A program made the position numbers and the translations under genes. Below are positions 19,686 through 31,857 of a DNA stretch of 64,000 nucleotides, piece after piece. The stretch covers positions 1,984,001-2,048,000 of the forward strand of contig OY970355.1 of assembly GCA_963718525.1 (NCBI GenBank), read 5' to 3'. Origin of the DNA: Candidatus Dormiibacterota bacterium (lineage in GTDB: Bacteria > Chloroflexota > Dormibacteria > Aeolococcales > Aeolococcaceae). The stretch's first letter is position 1. Each line of letters begins with the position of its first letter. A model generated the notes under the pieces. The model was not told the DNA's origin and ran no database searches. It was given only the letters and a program-made list of their open reading frames with translations.

Positions 19686-20233
19686 CCGTCCTGTTCGCGA
19701 TCGTGATTGCCCTCGCCGCCGTCAGCTCACTCGGCGTCGTGCTCTCCCGGCAAACCATCTACTCGGCGCTGAGCCTCGTGCTCACCGTCTCGATGCTTGC
19801 GGTGCTGTTCCTGCTCCTCAACGCCCAGTTTCTCTTCGCCGTACAGCTGATCATCTACGCGGGCGCCGTGATGGTCCTGTTCGTCTTCATCGTGGCGTTG
19901 CTGAGCCCAGACGCGGAGGATCGCCCGGTCTTCGACGCGCGCGCCATCATCGGCACCCTCGGTGTGATCGTGGTAACCGCGCTGGTGTTCATCGCCGCCC
20001 GCAACGGCATCACGTACAGCACCAACGGGTTTCATGCCCTTGCGGCGGGCAGCGCCGGCAACCCCTACCACAGCTTCAGCTTCCCACCGGATGCGGTCAA
20101 CAACGCCGGCAACGTTCAGACTCTCGCCAGCCAGCTGTTCACCAATTATCTCCTGCCCTTCGAGATCACCTCGATGCTCCTGCTGGTCGCGGCGATCGGT
20201 GCTGTCTACCTGACCAGGCGCTCGAGTCAGTGA
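19682..20233 (+). CDS. nuoJ: NADH-quinone oxidoreductase subunit J
   Basis: [21 protein letters not shown]. Confidence 0.95.
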   Translation: MTVLFAIVIALAAVSSLGVVLSRQTIYSALSLVLTVSMLAVLFLLLNAQFLFAVQLIIYAGAVMVLFVFIVALLSPDAEDRPVFDARAIIGTLGVIVVTALVFIAARNGITYSTNGFHALAAGSAGNPYHSFSFPPDAVNNAGNVQTLASQLFTNYLLPFEITSMLLLVAAIGAVYLTRRSSQ

Positions 20234-20246
20234 CGGACGGCGAGAG

Positions 20247-20558
20247 ATGCTGAATCCGAATCTATTTCCGTTCCTGCTCGGACTCTCGGCGTTCCTGTTC
20301 TCCGTCGGCGCAATGGGCGTGCTCATCCGGCGCAACCCGATAGTCGTCTTCATGTGCATCGAGCTGATGCTCAACGCCGCCAACGTTGCGCTGGTGGCCT
20401 ACGGCCGCTTCCTCAACAGCGAGGAGGGCCAGATCTTCGCGCTCATGGTGATCGTGGTCGCGGCAGCCGAGGTCGTCGTTGGCCTCGCGCTGATCACGCA
20501 GATCTTCCGGCTCGGCCGCGAACTCGATGTCGATGACCTGAGCGAGATGAAGGAGTGA
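20247..20558 (+). CDS. nuoK: NADH-quinone oxidoreductase subunit K
   Basis: [27 protein letters not shown]. Confidence 0.96.
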   Translation: MLNPNLFPFLLGLSAFLFSVGAMGVLIRRNPIVVFMCIELMLNAANVALVAYGRFLNSEEGQIFALMVIVVAAAEVVVGLALITQIFRLGRELDVDDLSEMKE

Positions 20559-22500
20559 ACGTCAGCACCGCTTCGACACTCGTCATGCTGGTGCTGTTCT
20601 TTCCGCTGCTCGGCGCGGCACTGAACGGGTTTCTCGGCCCGGTGCTCGGTCGGCGCTTCGTCAACATCGCCGGGACGGTATCGATCTTCGCGTCCTTCGT
20701 GATCGCGTGCCTGGTGCTCGCCAACGTCATCGGGGCACCCGCCGGCCACGGCGCCATCACCGTCCGGCTGTGGGACTGGCTCAACCTCGGGGGTGGCACC
20801 AACCTCTCCGTGGGGATGGATTTCACTCTGGATGCGTTGAGCGCGCTGATGCTCATGGTCATCACCGGTGTGGGCTTCCTGATCCACGTCTACAGCGTCG
20901 GCTACATGGAGCACGACCCCGGGTTCGCGCGCTTCTTCAGCTACATGAACTTCTTCATCTTCTCGATGTTGACACTCGTGCTCGCCGCGGACCTGGTGAT
21001 CCTCATCATCGGATGGGCCCTGGTAGCGTTGAGCAGCTACCTGCTCATCGGCTTCTGGTACGACCGTCCGACAGCCGTTGCGGCTGCGCGCAAAGCCTTC
21101 ATCACCCAGGTGATCGGCGACGTCGCGCTGGTGATCGCCGCGTTTCTCATCGTGTTGAACACCCACACCCTCAGCCTGCCGAACGTCTTCGCACGCACCC
21201 AGGCCTTTCCCGCGGGTGGCGCACTGATCACCGGGATCTGCGTGCTCCTGGCCATCGGCGCGTTCGCCAAGAGCGCGCAGTTCCCGCTGCACACGTGGTT
21301 GCCGGACGCCATGGAAGGCCCCACCCCGGTGTCAGCGCTCATCCATGCCGCGACCATGGTCACGGCAGGTGTGTACCTGATCGCGCGGTTCCACGTGCTC
21401 TTCAACCTCGCTCCCGTGGCCGAAGGTCTGGTTGCCTGCGTCGGCATGGGGACGGCGGTGATGGCGGGGATCATCGCGCTGTCGCAGATCGACATCAAGC
21501 GCGTGATCGCCTACTCGACGATGTCGCAGATCGGTCTGATGATCTACGCCGTCGGCATCGGCGCGTATTCCGCGGGCATGTTCCATTTCGCGATGCACGC
21601 GGTCTTCAAGGCGCTCCTCTTCATGGCCGCCGGCAACGTGATCCATGCCCTCCACGATGAGCAGGACATCCGGCTCATGGGAGGTCTGCACGCCCGAATG
21701 CGCTGGACGCACCTGGCGTTCGGTGCCGGGTCACTGGCTCTCGCCGGCTTCTTCCTGTTCTCGGGGTGGTTCAGCAAGGAGGACCTCCTCGGCTTCGGCG
21801 CCGTGTCCGGCCCGGGGCCGGCGCCCTGGATCCTCTACGCGGTGGGAGTGGGCGTCAACGTGCTCACCGGGCTCTACGCCTTCCGTCTCTACTTCACGGT
21901 GTTCCAGGGAGAGCCGCAAACCGCGCGTGGATTCGCGGTCAAGGAGGCCGGGTACTCGATGCTGATCCCGGTGGTCATCCTCGGTGCGTTGTCGGTCATC
22001 GTCGCGTGGCCACTCCAGTTCCCGCTTCCCAACACCCTCCACGTCTTCAGCGATTTCCTGAGCCCGGTGTTCGCCGGCGCGCAATCGCCGCTGCTCCACG
22101 ACCCCTCGTTCGGCCTTGCACTGATCGGCCTGGTCGTCGGGACGGCGGCGAGCTTGATCGGCATCGGCCTCGCGATGCGCCTGTGGTACGAGCACCATCC
22201 GGACCCGCAGGTCGTGCTCGCGAGGCTGCCCCGCGTGATCCCGCTGCTCTCGTACAACAAGTTCTACTTCGACGAGATCTACGACCGCGCACTCGTGCAA
22301 CCGGTCAAAGCGGTCGCGCGCACGGCGAGACGTGTCGTCGAGCCCGACATCATGGATGGCTGGGTTCAGGGGATCGGGGAGCTGCTGCGCGGCTTCAGCG
22401 TCGACCTGCGCACGGTGCAGACCGGGTTGATACGGGACTACGCATCGATCTTCACGGTGTTCGCCGTCGTGCTCGTGGTGGTGTGGGTGTTCATCGCGAA

Positions 22501-22504
<4 letters not shown>
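20555..22504 (+). CDS. nuoL: NADH-quinone oxidoreductase subunit L
   Basis: [31 protein letters not shown]. Confidence 0.97.
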
Positions 22505-24047
<1,543 letters not shown>

Positions 24048-24051
<4 letters not shown>

Positions 24052-25589
24052 TGCTGGTCGCGGCATTCCCGGTGCCAGTGTCGTTTCCCGGCGGTCGCGA
24101 CCTTGTGGGGTTGCTTCCCGAGCTGGTCCTCGGTGGGGCCTTTCTGCTGCTGATGCTCCTCGACCTGGTGGTCCCGCCGACCAAACGCACCTGGCTCGCC
24201 GGGTTTGCGCTGCTGGGGATTGCGGCGACCTTCGGCGTCACGGTCTGGGGCTGGTTCGATGCGAATCCAGGACGCCTCGTCTACTCCGGCTCGTTCGCGT
24301 ACGACCGCTACTCGCTGTTCGTTGACGCGATCCTGCTGGTGAGCGCGGCGCTGGTGGTGATGATCAGCCCGAACTATCTGAACCGCCGGGGCATCCATCA
24401 CGGCGAGTACTACGCGCTGATCCTCGCCGCAACCATCGGGATGATGCTGCTCGCCGGCGCGACGAGCCTGATGGTCATCTTCCTGGCCATCGAATTGCTC
24501 TCGCTGGCGCTCTACGTGCTCAGTGGGTTCTCCCGACACGAGGAACGCTCTCAGGAAGCTGCGCTGAAGTACCTGCTGCTCGGTGGGTTCGCCTCGGGCT
24601 TTCTGCTCTTCGGGATGGCGCTGATCTACGGCGAGACCGGCCATACGCAGCTGGCGCAGATCGCCGCTGCCATCCAGAACCAGACAACGATCGCTGTCGA
24701 TCCGCTCCTGCTTGCTGGTGTCCTGCTGCTGTTCATCGGCTTTGCCTTCAAGGTGTCAGCAGCGCCGTTCCATTCCTGGACGCCCGACGTCTACCAGGGC
24801 GCGCCGACGTCCGTGACCACCTTCATGAGCGTCACCACCAAGGTTGCGGCGTTCGCGGCTCTCGTGCGCGTGTTCACATACACGTTCGACGGTGGTGGCA
24901 CCCACTTCTATCAGCACTGGGAGCCGGTGGTCGCGCTCGTCGCGATCACCTCGATGGTCGTCGGCAACATCGCCGCGCTGACGCAGACGAGCGTCAAGCG
25001 CATGCTCGCGTACTCGAGCATCGCGCAGGCCGGGTACATCCTCATCGGCGTCGCGGTCGGGCCTGTGCTGCTGCCCTCGGGACAGTCGAGCTCCTTCGGG
25101 ACGATCGGGGTGCTGTACTACCTGGCGGCGTACGCCGTCAGCAATATCGGTGCGTTTGCGGTCATCACCATCATGGCCGGACGGGGAGAGGATCTCGACA
25201 GCTACGACGGGCTGCGCGGTCTCGCCCATCGCCGTCCGTTCGTCGCCGCCAGCATGGCGCTCTTCCTGTTTTCGCTGGGTGGGTTCCCGCCCACGGCCGG
25301 CTTTTTCGGGAAGTTTCTCGTCTTCACCGCCGCCATCAACGCAGGTCAGGTGCCGCTGGCACTTTGGGGCATCGCGACCAGCGCGGTCTCCGCGTTCTAC
25401 TACCTCCGCGTCGGCCTGCTCATGTACCAGCGCCCCGAGGCCGGAGCCGAGGAGTACCGCTGGTCGCGTCCGGGCCTCTCCGGCACCGCCGTCATGGTTG
25501 CCACCACGGCGGGGACGCTGATCCTCGGAGTCATGATCGTGCTCGTCTACACGGCGGCGAGCGCGTCGCTGAAAGGGTTGATCGTGTGA
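24048..25589 (+). CDS. nuoN: NADH-quinone oxidoreductase subunit N
   Basis: EAALKY, FKVSAAPFHSWTPDVYQGAP, KRMLAYSSI. Confidence 0.96.
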
Positions 25590-26242
25590 ACGACGAGCTG
25601 CTCGCAGGCTTCACGGAGATCGTCGGCGCGACGGGCGTCGCCGGGGACGTCGTGAGCCCGGCCGACATGCACGCTCTCACGCTCGTCGCGGGCCTGTGCC
25701 ATCAGCACGGCGTTCCCATCACCGTGACGAGCGGCGCTCCCGCCAGGTCTGGCGGATCTCCCGAGCGCGGCGGAATCATCCTGAGCGTGCACCGGTTCAC
25801 CGAGATGCAGGTTGCGGCGGCGGGTCTCACCGTCCGGGCTGGCGCAGGCGCGACGATCGCCCAGGTGCGCGCGGCAGTGGCCGCGGCCAAGCTCGTGGTC
25901 GTCGGTCTCGGCGCCGAGACCGGGTCGGCACATGTGGGCACGCTGGTGGCTCGAGGAGAGGTGCCACGACGCTCGCTCTCGGGGGTCGAGGCGGTCCTGT
26001 CCACGGGAGAGGCGGTCAAGGCGGGCGGTGCCGCTCTCAAGGACGTTGTCGGGTACGACCTCATTGCGGCGCTGCTGGGAAGCGCGGGTCGCCTGGCGAT
26101 CATCGCTGCGGTCACGTTCCGGCTCGAACCGGCCGCCGGGCGAACCGCGACATCCACGCCGCCCGGAACGCGTAGCTGGCAACCGGCACTCGCCGGAGCC
26201 TTCGACCCCAAAGGCCTGCTGCGCTCGGGCGCATTGCGGTGA
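25586..26242 (+). CDS. short FAD-binding (PCMH-type, GlcD/GlcE-like) oxidoreductase domain protein
   Basis: KDVVGYDL..LLGSAGRLAII and terminal FDPKGLL motifs of the FAD-linked oxidase family; GTGA overlap with nuoN. Confidence 0.75.
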   Translation: MNDELLAGFTEIVGATGVAGDVVSPADMHALTLVAGLCHQHGVPITVTSGAPARSGGSPERGGIILSVHRFTEMQVAAAGLTVRAGAGATIAQVRAAVAAAKLVVVGLGAETGSAHVGTLVARGEVPRRSLSGVEAVLSTGEAVKAGGAALKDVVGYDLIAALLGSAGRLAIIAAVTFRLEPAAGRTATSTPPGTRSWQPALAGAFDPKGLLRSGALR

Positions 26243-27660
26243 GGGCAAACGTCAGAAAGGCCGCAGGCAAGTACTGGCACGAGTACACGCGGATGCGCAC
26301 CGCGATCTTCCTGTTGCTCGGCATCCTCATCATCGTCCTGATCGGCTCGTTCGTCCCCCAGCAGAACACGTCAGATCCCGGCAAGGTCGCGGCGTTCATC
26401 ACTGCATGGCCGAACCTGAACCTGCTGTTCGCAGACCTGCAGCTGCCGCTGACTCAGGTGTTCGTCTCGCCGGTGTTCTACGTGTTGCTTGGCCTGCTCT
26501 ACGTCTCACTGGGCTGGTGCGTGATCCGGCGCGGTCGCGCGCTGATCATGCGGACCGCACGCGGATACAAACGCACGCCGCAGTACTGGGGTGAGTGGGG
26601 ATCGTGGCTGTTCCACAGCTCTTTCTTCCTGCTGCTCATCGCGGTCGTCTGGGGCAAGGCCACCGGGTACCAGGGTCTGGTCACCCTCACGCAGGGACAG
26701 AGCTTCACCAACACGCCTGCCGGGTACGACACGCTCCAGGAGGGGCTGCTGTTCCATGGGAACTACGCACCCTTCACACTGCGCCTCAACAAGTTCGAGG
26801 CCTCCTACGCTCCCAACGGCGAGGCCAGCAACTACGTGAGCAACGTGACCGTGCTCGACCACGGCAAGACCGTCGAGACGAAGAACATCCTCGTCAACGA
26901 GTTCCTCAGCGTCGACGGCGTCAATGTCTACCAGCAGGACTACGGCTGGGCACCGACCATCGTCGTGAAGAACCCCGCCGGGCAGACCGTGTACGACGGT
27001 GCCATCCAGTTCTTCGACGACAACAACAACATCGGCGACAAGGCGCTGGCGGATGGGGTGCTCAAGGTGCCGAACTTCGACTACACGATCGCCGGGGCCG
27101 CCCAGGCGGTGCAGATCGGCGCCAAGATGTCGTTCTTCCCGGATGCGACGGTGATCCCTTCGGTTGGCAGCAACGGAACCATCAATCCGACAGCCACCCT
27201 GTACGGCCCGGGCGGCGTGGCGCCGCGCAACCCGGTCATCGAGATGCAGCTCTACGTCGGCAACCTCGGGCTGGGCAGCGGCGCTCCGCAGAACGTCAAT
27301 CAGCTCACCACCACGGCGATGAGCCCGTATTTCACCAACGCACAGGTGATCCCGATCACGCTCGGCCAGACGCTGCAGCTGCCGATCGACACGAAGAACG
27401 GCAAGGCCGTCGATTTCTCGATCTCCTTCCCTTCGGTCACGCAGTACTCGCTCTTCCAGGTCAACGACGACCAGGGCGTGCTGCTCGTCTACACCTCGTT
27501 CATCCTGATCATGACCGGGCTGCTCACCAAGCTCTACCTGCGCCCGTTCCTCGAGCGACGCCAGCGGAAGCGACGCCAGCCGATCGCCCTGGATCGCCGC
27601 TGGTCGTCGGACGCGAGCGGCGAGCCTCAGGCGCCCGAACGAGAACCCGCCTCGGTTTGA
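26239..27660 (+). CDS. resB: cytochrome c biogenesis protein ResB/Ccs1
   Basis: MRTAIFLL..IGSFVPQ, conserved Cys, WLFH, large soluble domain, C-terminal TM. Confidence 0.85.
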   Translation: MRANVRKAAGKYWHEYTRMRTAIFLLLGILIIVLIGSFVPQQNTSDPGKVAAFITAWPNLNLLFADLQLPLTQVFVSPVFYVLLGLLYVSLGWCVIRRGRALIMRTARGYKRTPQYWGEWGSWLFHSSFFLLLIAVVWGKATGYQGLVTLTQGQSFTNTPAGYDTLQEGLLFHGNYAPFTLRLNKFEASYAPNGEASNYVSNVTVLDHGKTVETKNILVNEFLSVDGVNVYQQDYGWAPTIVVKNPAGQTVYDGAIQFFDDNNNIGDKALADGVLKVPNFDYTIAGAAQAVQIGAKMSFFPDATVIPSVGSNGTINPTATLYGPGGVAPRNPVIEMQLYVGNLGLGSGAPQNVNQLTTTAMSPYFTNAQVIPITLGQTLQLPIDTKNGKAVDFSISFPSVTQYSLFQVNDDQGVLLVYTSFILIMTGLLTKLYLRPFLERRQRKRRQPIALDRRWSSDASGEPQAPEREPASV

Positions 27661-28298
27661 TCGGGTTCTGGCGCCAGCTCGGCCACCTTCGCGGGAGGGA
27701 GATAGGCGAGACGGCGTAGCTCCTCGCCCTCGTAGTCGAGCTCGAGGAGCCCGCCCTTGGCGCACTGCAGCCTGTGGAGCGCGTACTTGGGCCTGTGCTC
27801 GGCGGTGACCCAGAAGCCCTGGATCGGATCGCCGTGGCTCACGCAGATGCCGCCCTCTCCGGGGTGATCGGCGAGCAGTCGCATGAGCGGCCGGCGGACC
27901 CGCGCCGCCAGCGCATCCACGCTCTCGTCGTTGCTGAGCAGCCCCGGCAACACCATGTGGATGAGCCACAGCGGCCTGCGCCAGGGCACCTGCTTGGGGG
28001 GAACGCCCTGGAGGTAGAGCCCGAAGCGCGTCTCGATCAGGTCGTCCGTATAGGTGATCGAGGCCGAGTCGAGATGCGACGCGATGATCTCGGAGGTCTG
28101 CCGAGCCCTCTCGAGGGGGCTCGAGTAGATCTGGCGCGCCTTGGTCCGCGCGAAGAAGCGACCCAGCGCGTGCGCCTGCTTGACGCCTTTCTCGCTGAGT
28201 GGGAAGTCGGGCAGGTGGCCGTAGAGGACACCATCGGGATTTCGGACATCGCAGTGGCGAACCAGGTGGAGGCGGGTCGAGGCCGGGTCTTCGCTCAC
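27627..28298 (-). CDS. histidine phosphatase (phosphoglycerate mutase) family protein
   Basis: LVRHCD, SSPLERARQT, VSHGD. Confidence 0.88.
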   Translation of the reverse strand: MSEDPASTRLHLVRHCDVRNPDGVLYGHLPDFPLSEKGVKQAHALGRFFARTKARQIYSSPLERARQTSEIIASHLDSASITYTDDLIETRFGLYLQGVPPKQVPWRRPLWLIHMVLPGLLSNDESVDALAARVRRPLMRLLADHPGEGGICVSHGDPIQGFWVTAEHRPKYALHRLQCAKGGLLELDYEGEELRRLAYLPPAKVAELAPEPDQTEAGSRSGA

Positions 28299-28480
28299 TC
28301 ATGGCGATGCTACGGGAAGTCGCTTCGCGGGGGCCTGCGCTTGTGCTGGACGGTCCCGGCGAAGGAGCGATTGGTGCGTCGCAGCCGAATGTCCTCACAA
28401 TATGGGGTCGTGGCGCGCCGGGTGTGCGCGGACGCAACCAACGCGCAGGACCAGAACATGACTCCGATCATCCGGCACGC

Positions 28481-29959
28481 GTGAAGCGCAACCTGCACTT
28501 CGTCCTGCCGGTCGCGCTCTATCTGCTGCTGCGCATCCCGTCGCTCATCGAGCCGCAGTGGTACCAGGACGAGGCCGGATATGCGTCGACCGTCTGGCTC
28601 ACGCATCTCGGCTACGGGCTCTACGTCGATGCCTGGAACAACAAACCGCCGCTGCTCTTCGGTATCTACGACCTGAGCCGGATGCTGTTCGGGACCGGCG
28701 AGACAGGGCTCCACGCGCTCACCATCCTGAGCGGTCTCGCCGCGATGATCGCCGCACTCTGGGGAACGTCGCGGCTCTTCTCGAACCGCGCGGCGTTGTG
28801 GGCCGGTCTCGTGATCGCGGTGATCATCGGCACGCCGATGCTGGACGGCAACCTGGCACTCCCCGAGAGCCTGCTGATCGGTCCCGTGACCGCCGCTGTG
28901 ATGTGGTTCGTGGTTGCATGTGCCGGCCCGGCGACGTCGCGGCCGCGTGTGATCACGATTGGAGTGATCGGCCTGCTGCTGGCCTGCGGGTTTCTGATCC
29001 AGCAGACCGCCTTCGCCGACTTCGCCGCGATCATGCTCTGGTGTCTCGTGCGGCGCAACTGGCGGTCGATGCTCATCCTGGGCGGCACCTACGTCGTCAC
29101 CATCGCGGCGGTCCTCATTCCATTCATCCTCAGCGCAGGCGCGCACAACGTGTGGTTCGCGCTGGTGACGTCCTACGTGGACTATCTCAACGACGCGCTC
29201 GGGAACGGAGTCAAGTCGTATGTGTTCCGCATCGGGGTCGTGCTTGGCATGGTTGCCGTTGCATGGTTCTGCCGCAACGCGAAGGACGCTCGCCTCGAGC
29301 TCGTCCGCATCTGGGCGACCGCAGGACTGTTCGCCGCGATCGCGACGGGATATTCATACGAACACTTCCTGTTGCCGGTGATGATCCCGTTGGTGCTGCT
29401 GATCACCGGGCTGGTATCGCGGCACCACGATCATCTGTGGCAGCGCGTGCGGCGGCCGCGCGTGCTCGTCGCCGGCGCACTGCTCGCTGTCATCGCGTCG
29501 ACGGGGTGGTCACTGTTCGCTGCCGGATTCCGCTCGGCTTCGTGGAGTCTCGGGTACTACGCCAACGCCGCCGGGTACGTCTCCGGCTCGATATCGGAGT
29601 TCGACTACGACGCGTACTTTGGAGCGCTCAATTACGGAGAACGCCAGGCGGAGGACTGGATCAGCAGCCACAATCTGGTGGGGGCGACGGCGATGCTCTG
29701 GGCGAACCTCGCCTGGCCGCTTGTCGATGACGACCTGGTCCCGCCAACCCGTAGCGGCCCGCTGTATGTGACCCTCGCGCTCGAGAAAGGCACCGCCGAA
29801 ATCCTGGCGCGGATGAACGCGGCGCCGCCTGAGCTCATCCTCGTCACCCCGTACCGCATCGAGAACCTGGCCGACGTCCGAACGTTCATCAGCACGCACC
29901 ACTACCTGCTGGTCATGGATGCCAACGGGATCGAGCTGTACGAGCGTTCAAACGGATGA
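28481..29959 (+). CDS. ArnT/GT39-like polytopic membrane glycosyltransferase
   Basis: WYQDEAGY...LYVDAWNNKPP motif followed by many TM helices; start inferred. Confidence 0.75.
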   Translation: MKRNLHFVLPVALYLLLRIPSLIEPQWYQDEAGYASTVWLTHLGYGLYVDAWNNKPPLLFGIYDLSRMLFGTGETGLHALTILSGLAAMIAALWGTSRLFSNRAALWAGLVIAVIIGTPMLDGNLALPESLLIGPVTAAVMWFVVACAGPATSRPRVITIGVIGLLLACGFLIQQTAFADFAAIMLWCLVRRNWRSMLILGGTYVVTIAAVLIPFILSAGAHNVWFALVTSYVDYLNDALGNGVKSYVFRIGVVLGMVAVAWFCRNAKDARLELVRIWATAGLFAAIATGYSYEHFLLPVMIPLVLLITGLVSRHHDHLWQRVRRPRVLVAGALLAVIASTGWSLFAAGFRSASWSLGYYANAAGYVSGSISEFDYDAYFGALNYGERQAEDWISSHNLVGATAMLWANLAWPLVDDDLVPPTRSGPLYVTLALEKGTAEILARMNAAPPELILVTPYRIENLADVRTFISTHHYLLVMDANGIELYERSNG

Positions 29960-31555
29960 GTGGCGGACAGCGTGGCGTCGTGACGTGGCTGCGCTCACTC
30001 GCGACACCGGGCGCTCGACGTAGATGATGTCGGGACCGACGCTGTACACGGGCACGTAGTACTGGGCAAGGACGAGGAGGATGGACGCCCGTGGTACCAG
30101 GCTCGGAAGGTTGACGACGATGACCCGAGGTCGATGACGAGCGACGTACGCGCCGATCTTCGACCCCTTGCCGAGCATCACGTCATCATTGAACAGGCCG
30201 ACGGTGGGCAGCACGGTGTGCAGCGGGGTCAGCAGGTAGATCCACTCATCAGCGACGCTCCAGACCACAGCCGATGAATTGGCGAAATGGTGGGCGACCA
30301 GCCAGGCCGCGACGGCCTGGTCGGGAACGACGCCCTCCGAGAAGCTGTTCTGCCAGCGGGTTCGTTCCGACGCGTTCACGAGACTTGTGTAGCCGTCGAC
30401 GTAGTACGTCGACAGGCTGCGGCCGTTGATCCAGTACGACCCGGCATACGACCCCTGGACTGACGCGAGGAGCACACCGGCCGCCAGCACGGCGGAGCCG
30501 AGAAGCAGCAGGGGGCGCCGGGCGCCGGCGACGAGGGCAGGCAACCGGTGCCACGGCGTCGCGGCACCTGCCGCGCAGATCCACGGAATCGATGGGAGGA
30601 CAAGATGCGGATACGGGAAGTGGGCGGATCCTGCGACCAGGAGATCGATTCCCGCCAGCACCCAGAGCATCCAGAAGGAGTTGCGGGTTCGGCGCGCGAC
30701 CAGCGCGGCCCCGAGAAAGATCGCGATGACGCCTGCGCCGATGCTCGCGAAGTGGAGCACGCGAGCGAGCAGCGTGAGCGGCAGGGAGTTGTGCGCGTAG
30801 ATCCCGTAGAACGCGACGGTCGCGAACCAGGTGGGGCCCACCCCCGACGCGACGATGGTCGGCACGAGCCAGAGCAGCGTGACGGCGAGGCCCGCCCCCA
30901 CGAAGCGGAGGTAGTCGCCCCAGCGCCGTGGAGAGGCGATCAGCAGGATGACTCCGATGGCCACGACGTCCGCGATGACGGTCTGCTGCATGCCGAGCGC
31001 GATCGACATCAGCAACCCCGCCGCGTACGGCGCCCAGCGGTGCCGTGCCGCCCACCCCGGGAACACGATGGTGACGAGCATCAGCATGCCCGCCCAGGTC
31101 GTGAGCCCGATCAGCGCTCCTTCCGGCAGGAAGAGCTCCGAATCGAAGATGGGCGGCCCGACGATCAGTGCGGTCAGCACGCACGCGATTCCCGCCCGCC
31201 GTCTCGATCCCGTGAGTCGCGCCACGCCCCAGCCGATCGCGATCACCGCGGCGATGGCGCTCGCGAACGGAACCAGGTGGATGGCGGCTTCGGAGTACCC
31301 GAGGAAGTGGGTCACGATCCCGTAGATCCAGTACTGCACGGGCGGCTTGTTGTCCCATGCCCCTGGCGAGGTGTACAGATCGCCGCCACCGAAGACGGTC
31401 CGGCCGACGTAGGCGTACGTGCTCTCGTCCGAGTACCAGTGCGGCTCGAGAAAGGCGGGTATTCGGAACGCGACGATCATCGCGACCGCGGCCGCAACCG
31501 CAGGCCAAGGCGTCGAGGTCGCCGCCTTGTCAGGCGCTTCGCCGGGGGTCGTCAT
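29948..31555 (-). CDS. ArnT/GT39-like polytopic membrane glycosyltransferase (paralog of upstream gene)
   Basis: WYSDESTY...AWDNKPP motif followed by many TM helices. Confidence 0.75.
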   Translation of the reverse strand: MTTPGEAPDKAATSTPWPAVAAAVAMIVAFRIPAFLEPHWYSDESTYAYVGRTVFGGGDLYTSPGAWDNKPPVQYWIYGIVTHFLGYSEAAIHLVPFASAIAAVIAIGWGVARLTGSRRRAGIACVLTALIVGPPIFDSELFLPEGALIGLTTWAGMLMLVTIVFPGWAARHRWAPYAAGLLMSIALGMQQTVIADVVAIGVILLIASPRRWGDYLRFVGAGLAVTLLWLVPTIVASGVGPTWFATVAFYGIYAHNSLPLTLLARVLHFASIGAGVIAIFLGAALVARRTRNSFWMLWVLAGIDLLVAGSAHFPYPHLVLPSIPWICAAGAATPWHRLPALVAGARRPLLLLGSAVLAAGVLLASVQGSYAGSYWINGRSLSTYYVDGYTSLVNASERTRWQNSFSEGVVPDQAVAAWLVAHHFANSSAVVWSVADEWIYLLTPLHTVLPTVGLFNDDVMLGKGSKIGAYVARHRPRVIVVNLPSLVPRASILLVLAQYYVPVYSVGPDIIYVERPVSRVSAATSRRHAVRHSSV

Positions 31556-31595
31556 TCAGAGAGTTCTGCCTTCCCTGTCACCACGTCCAGAGGAG

Positions 31596-31671
31596 TGGCG
31601 CCCCCGGTAGGAGTCGAACCCACGGCCGTCGAGTTAGAAGCTCGCTGCTCTATCCGCTGAGCTACGGGGGC
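31596..31671 (-). tRNA. tRNA-Arg (anticodon UCU)
   Basis: 76-nt cloverleaf: acceptor GCCCCCG/CGGGGGC, anticodon loop CTTCTAA, TTCGACT T-loop, encoded CCA. Confidence 0.95.
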
Positions 31672-31723
31672 GCGCGGCGAGTGTACCTGCGGCGAATCGT
31701 CCGGATCGCCGACCACCGCGCCA

Positions 31724-31729
31724 TATAAT
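31724..31729 (+). promoter_or_regulatory. sigma70-type -10 element for tRNA-His
   Basis: Perfect TATAAT in a GC-rich context, 27 nt upstream of the tRNA. Confidence 0.6.
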
Positions 31730-31756
31730 CGCCGAGCCTCCTGTCGGGAGTCCCAT

Positions 31757-31834
31757 GGTGGCCATAGCTCAGCTGGTTAGAGTGCCAGGTTGTGGCCCTG
31801 GAGGTCGCGGGTTCGAATCCCGCTGGCCACCCCA
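31757..31834 (+). tRNA. tRNA-His (anticodon GUG) with encoded G-1
   Basis: G-GTGGCCA...TGGCCAC-C-CCA, anticodon loop TTGTGGC, GGTTCGAATCC. Confidence 0.97.
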
Positions 31835-31857
31835 TCCGCCCGCTACAGTCGCCCGCG

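Noticed and set aside
28245-28265. RHC instead of RHG in the histidine phosphatase as inactivation
   Set aside because: The catalytic Arg-His and the downstream Arg and HG residues are retained
28300-31600. Genomic island integrated at tRNA-Arg
   Set aside because: No integrase and no convincing duplicated tRNA 3' end (only a weak GTGGCGC match near 28410)
31625-31650. G27-A43 mismatch in the tRNA-Arg anticodon stem as a sign of a pseudo-tRNA
   Set aside because: Mismatches at this position are tolerated and all other arms and the CCA are intact
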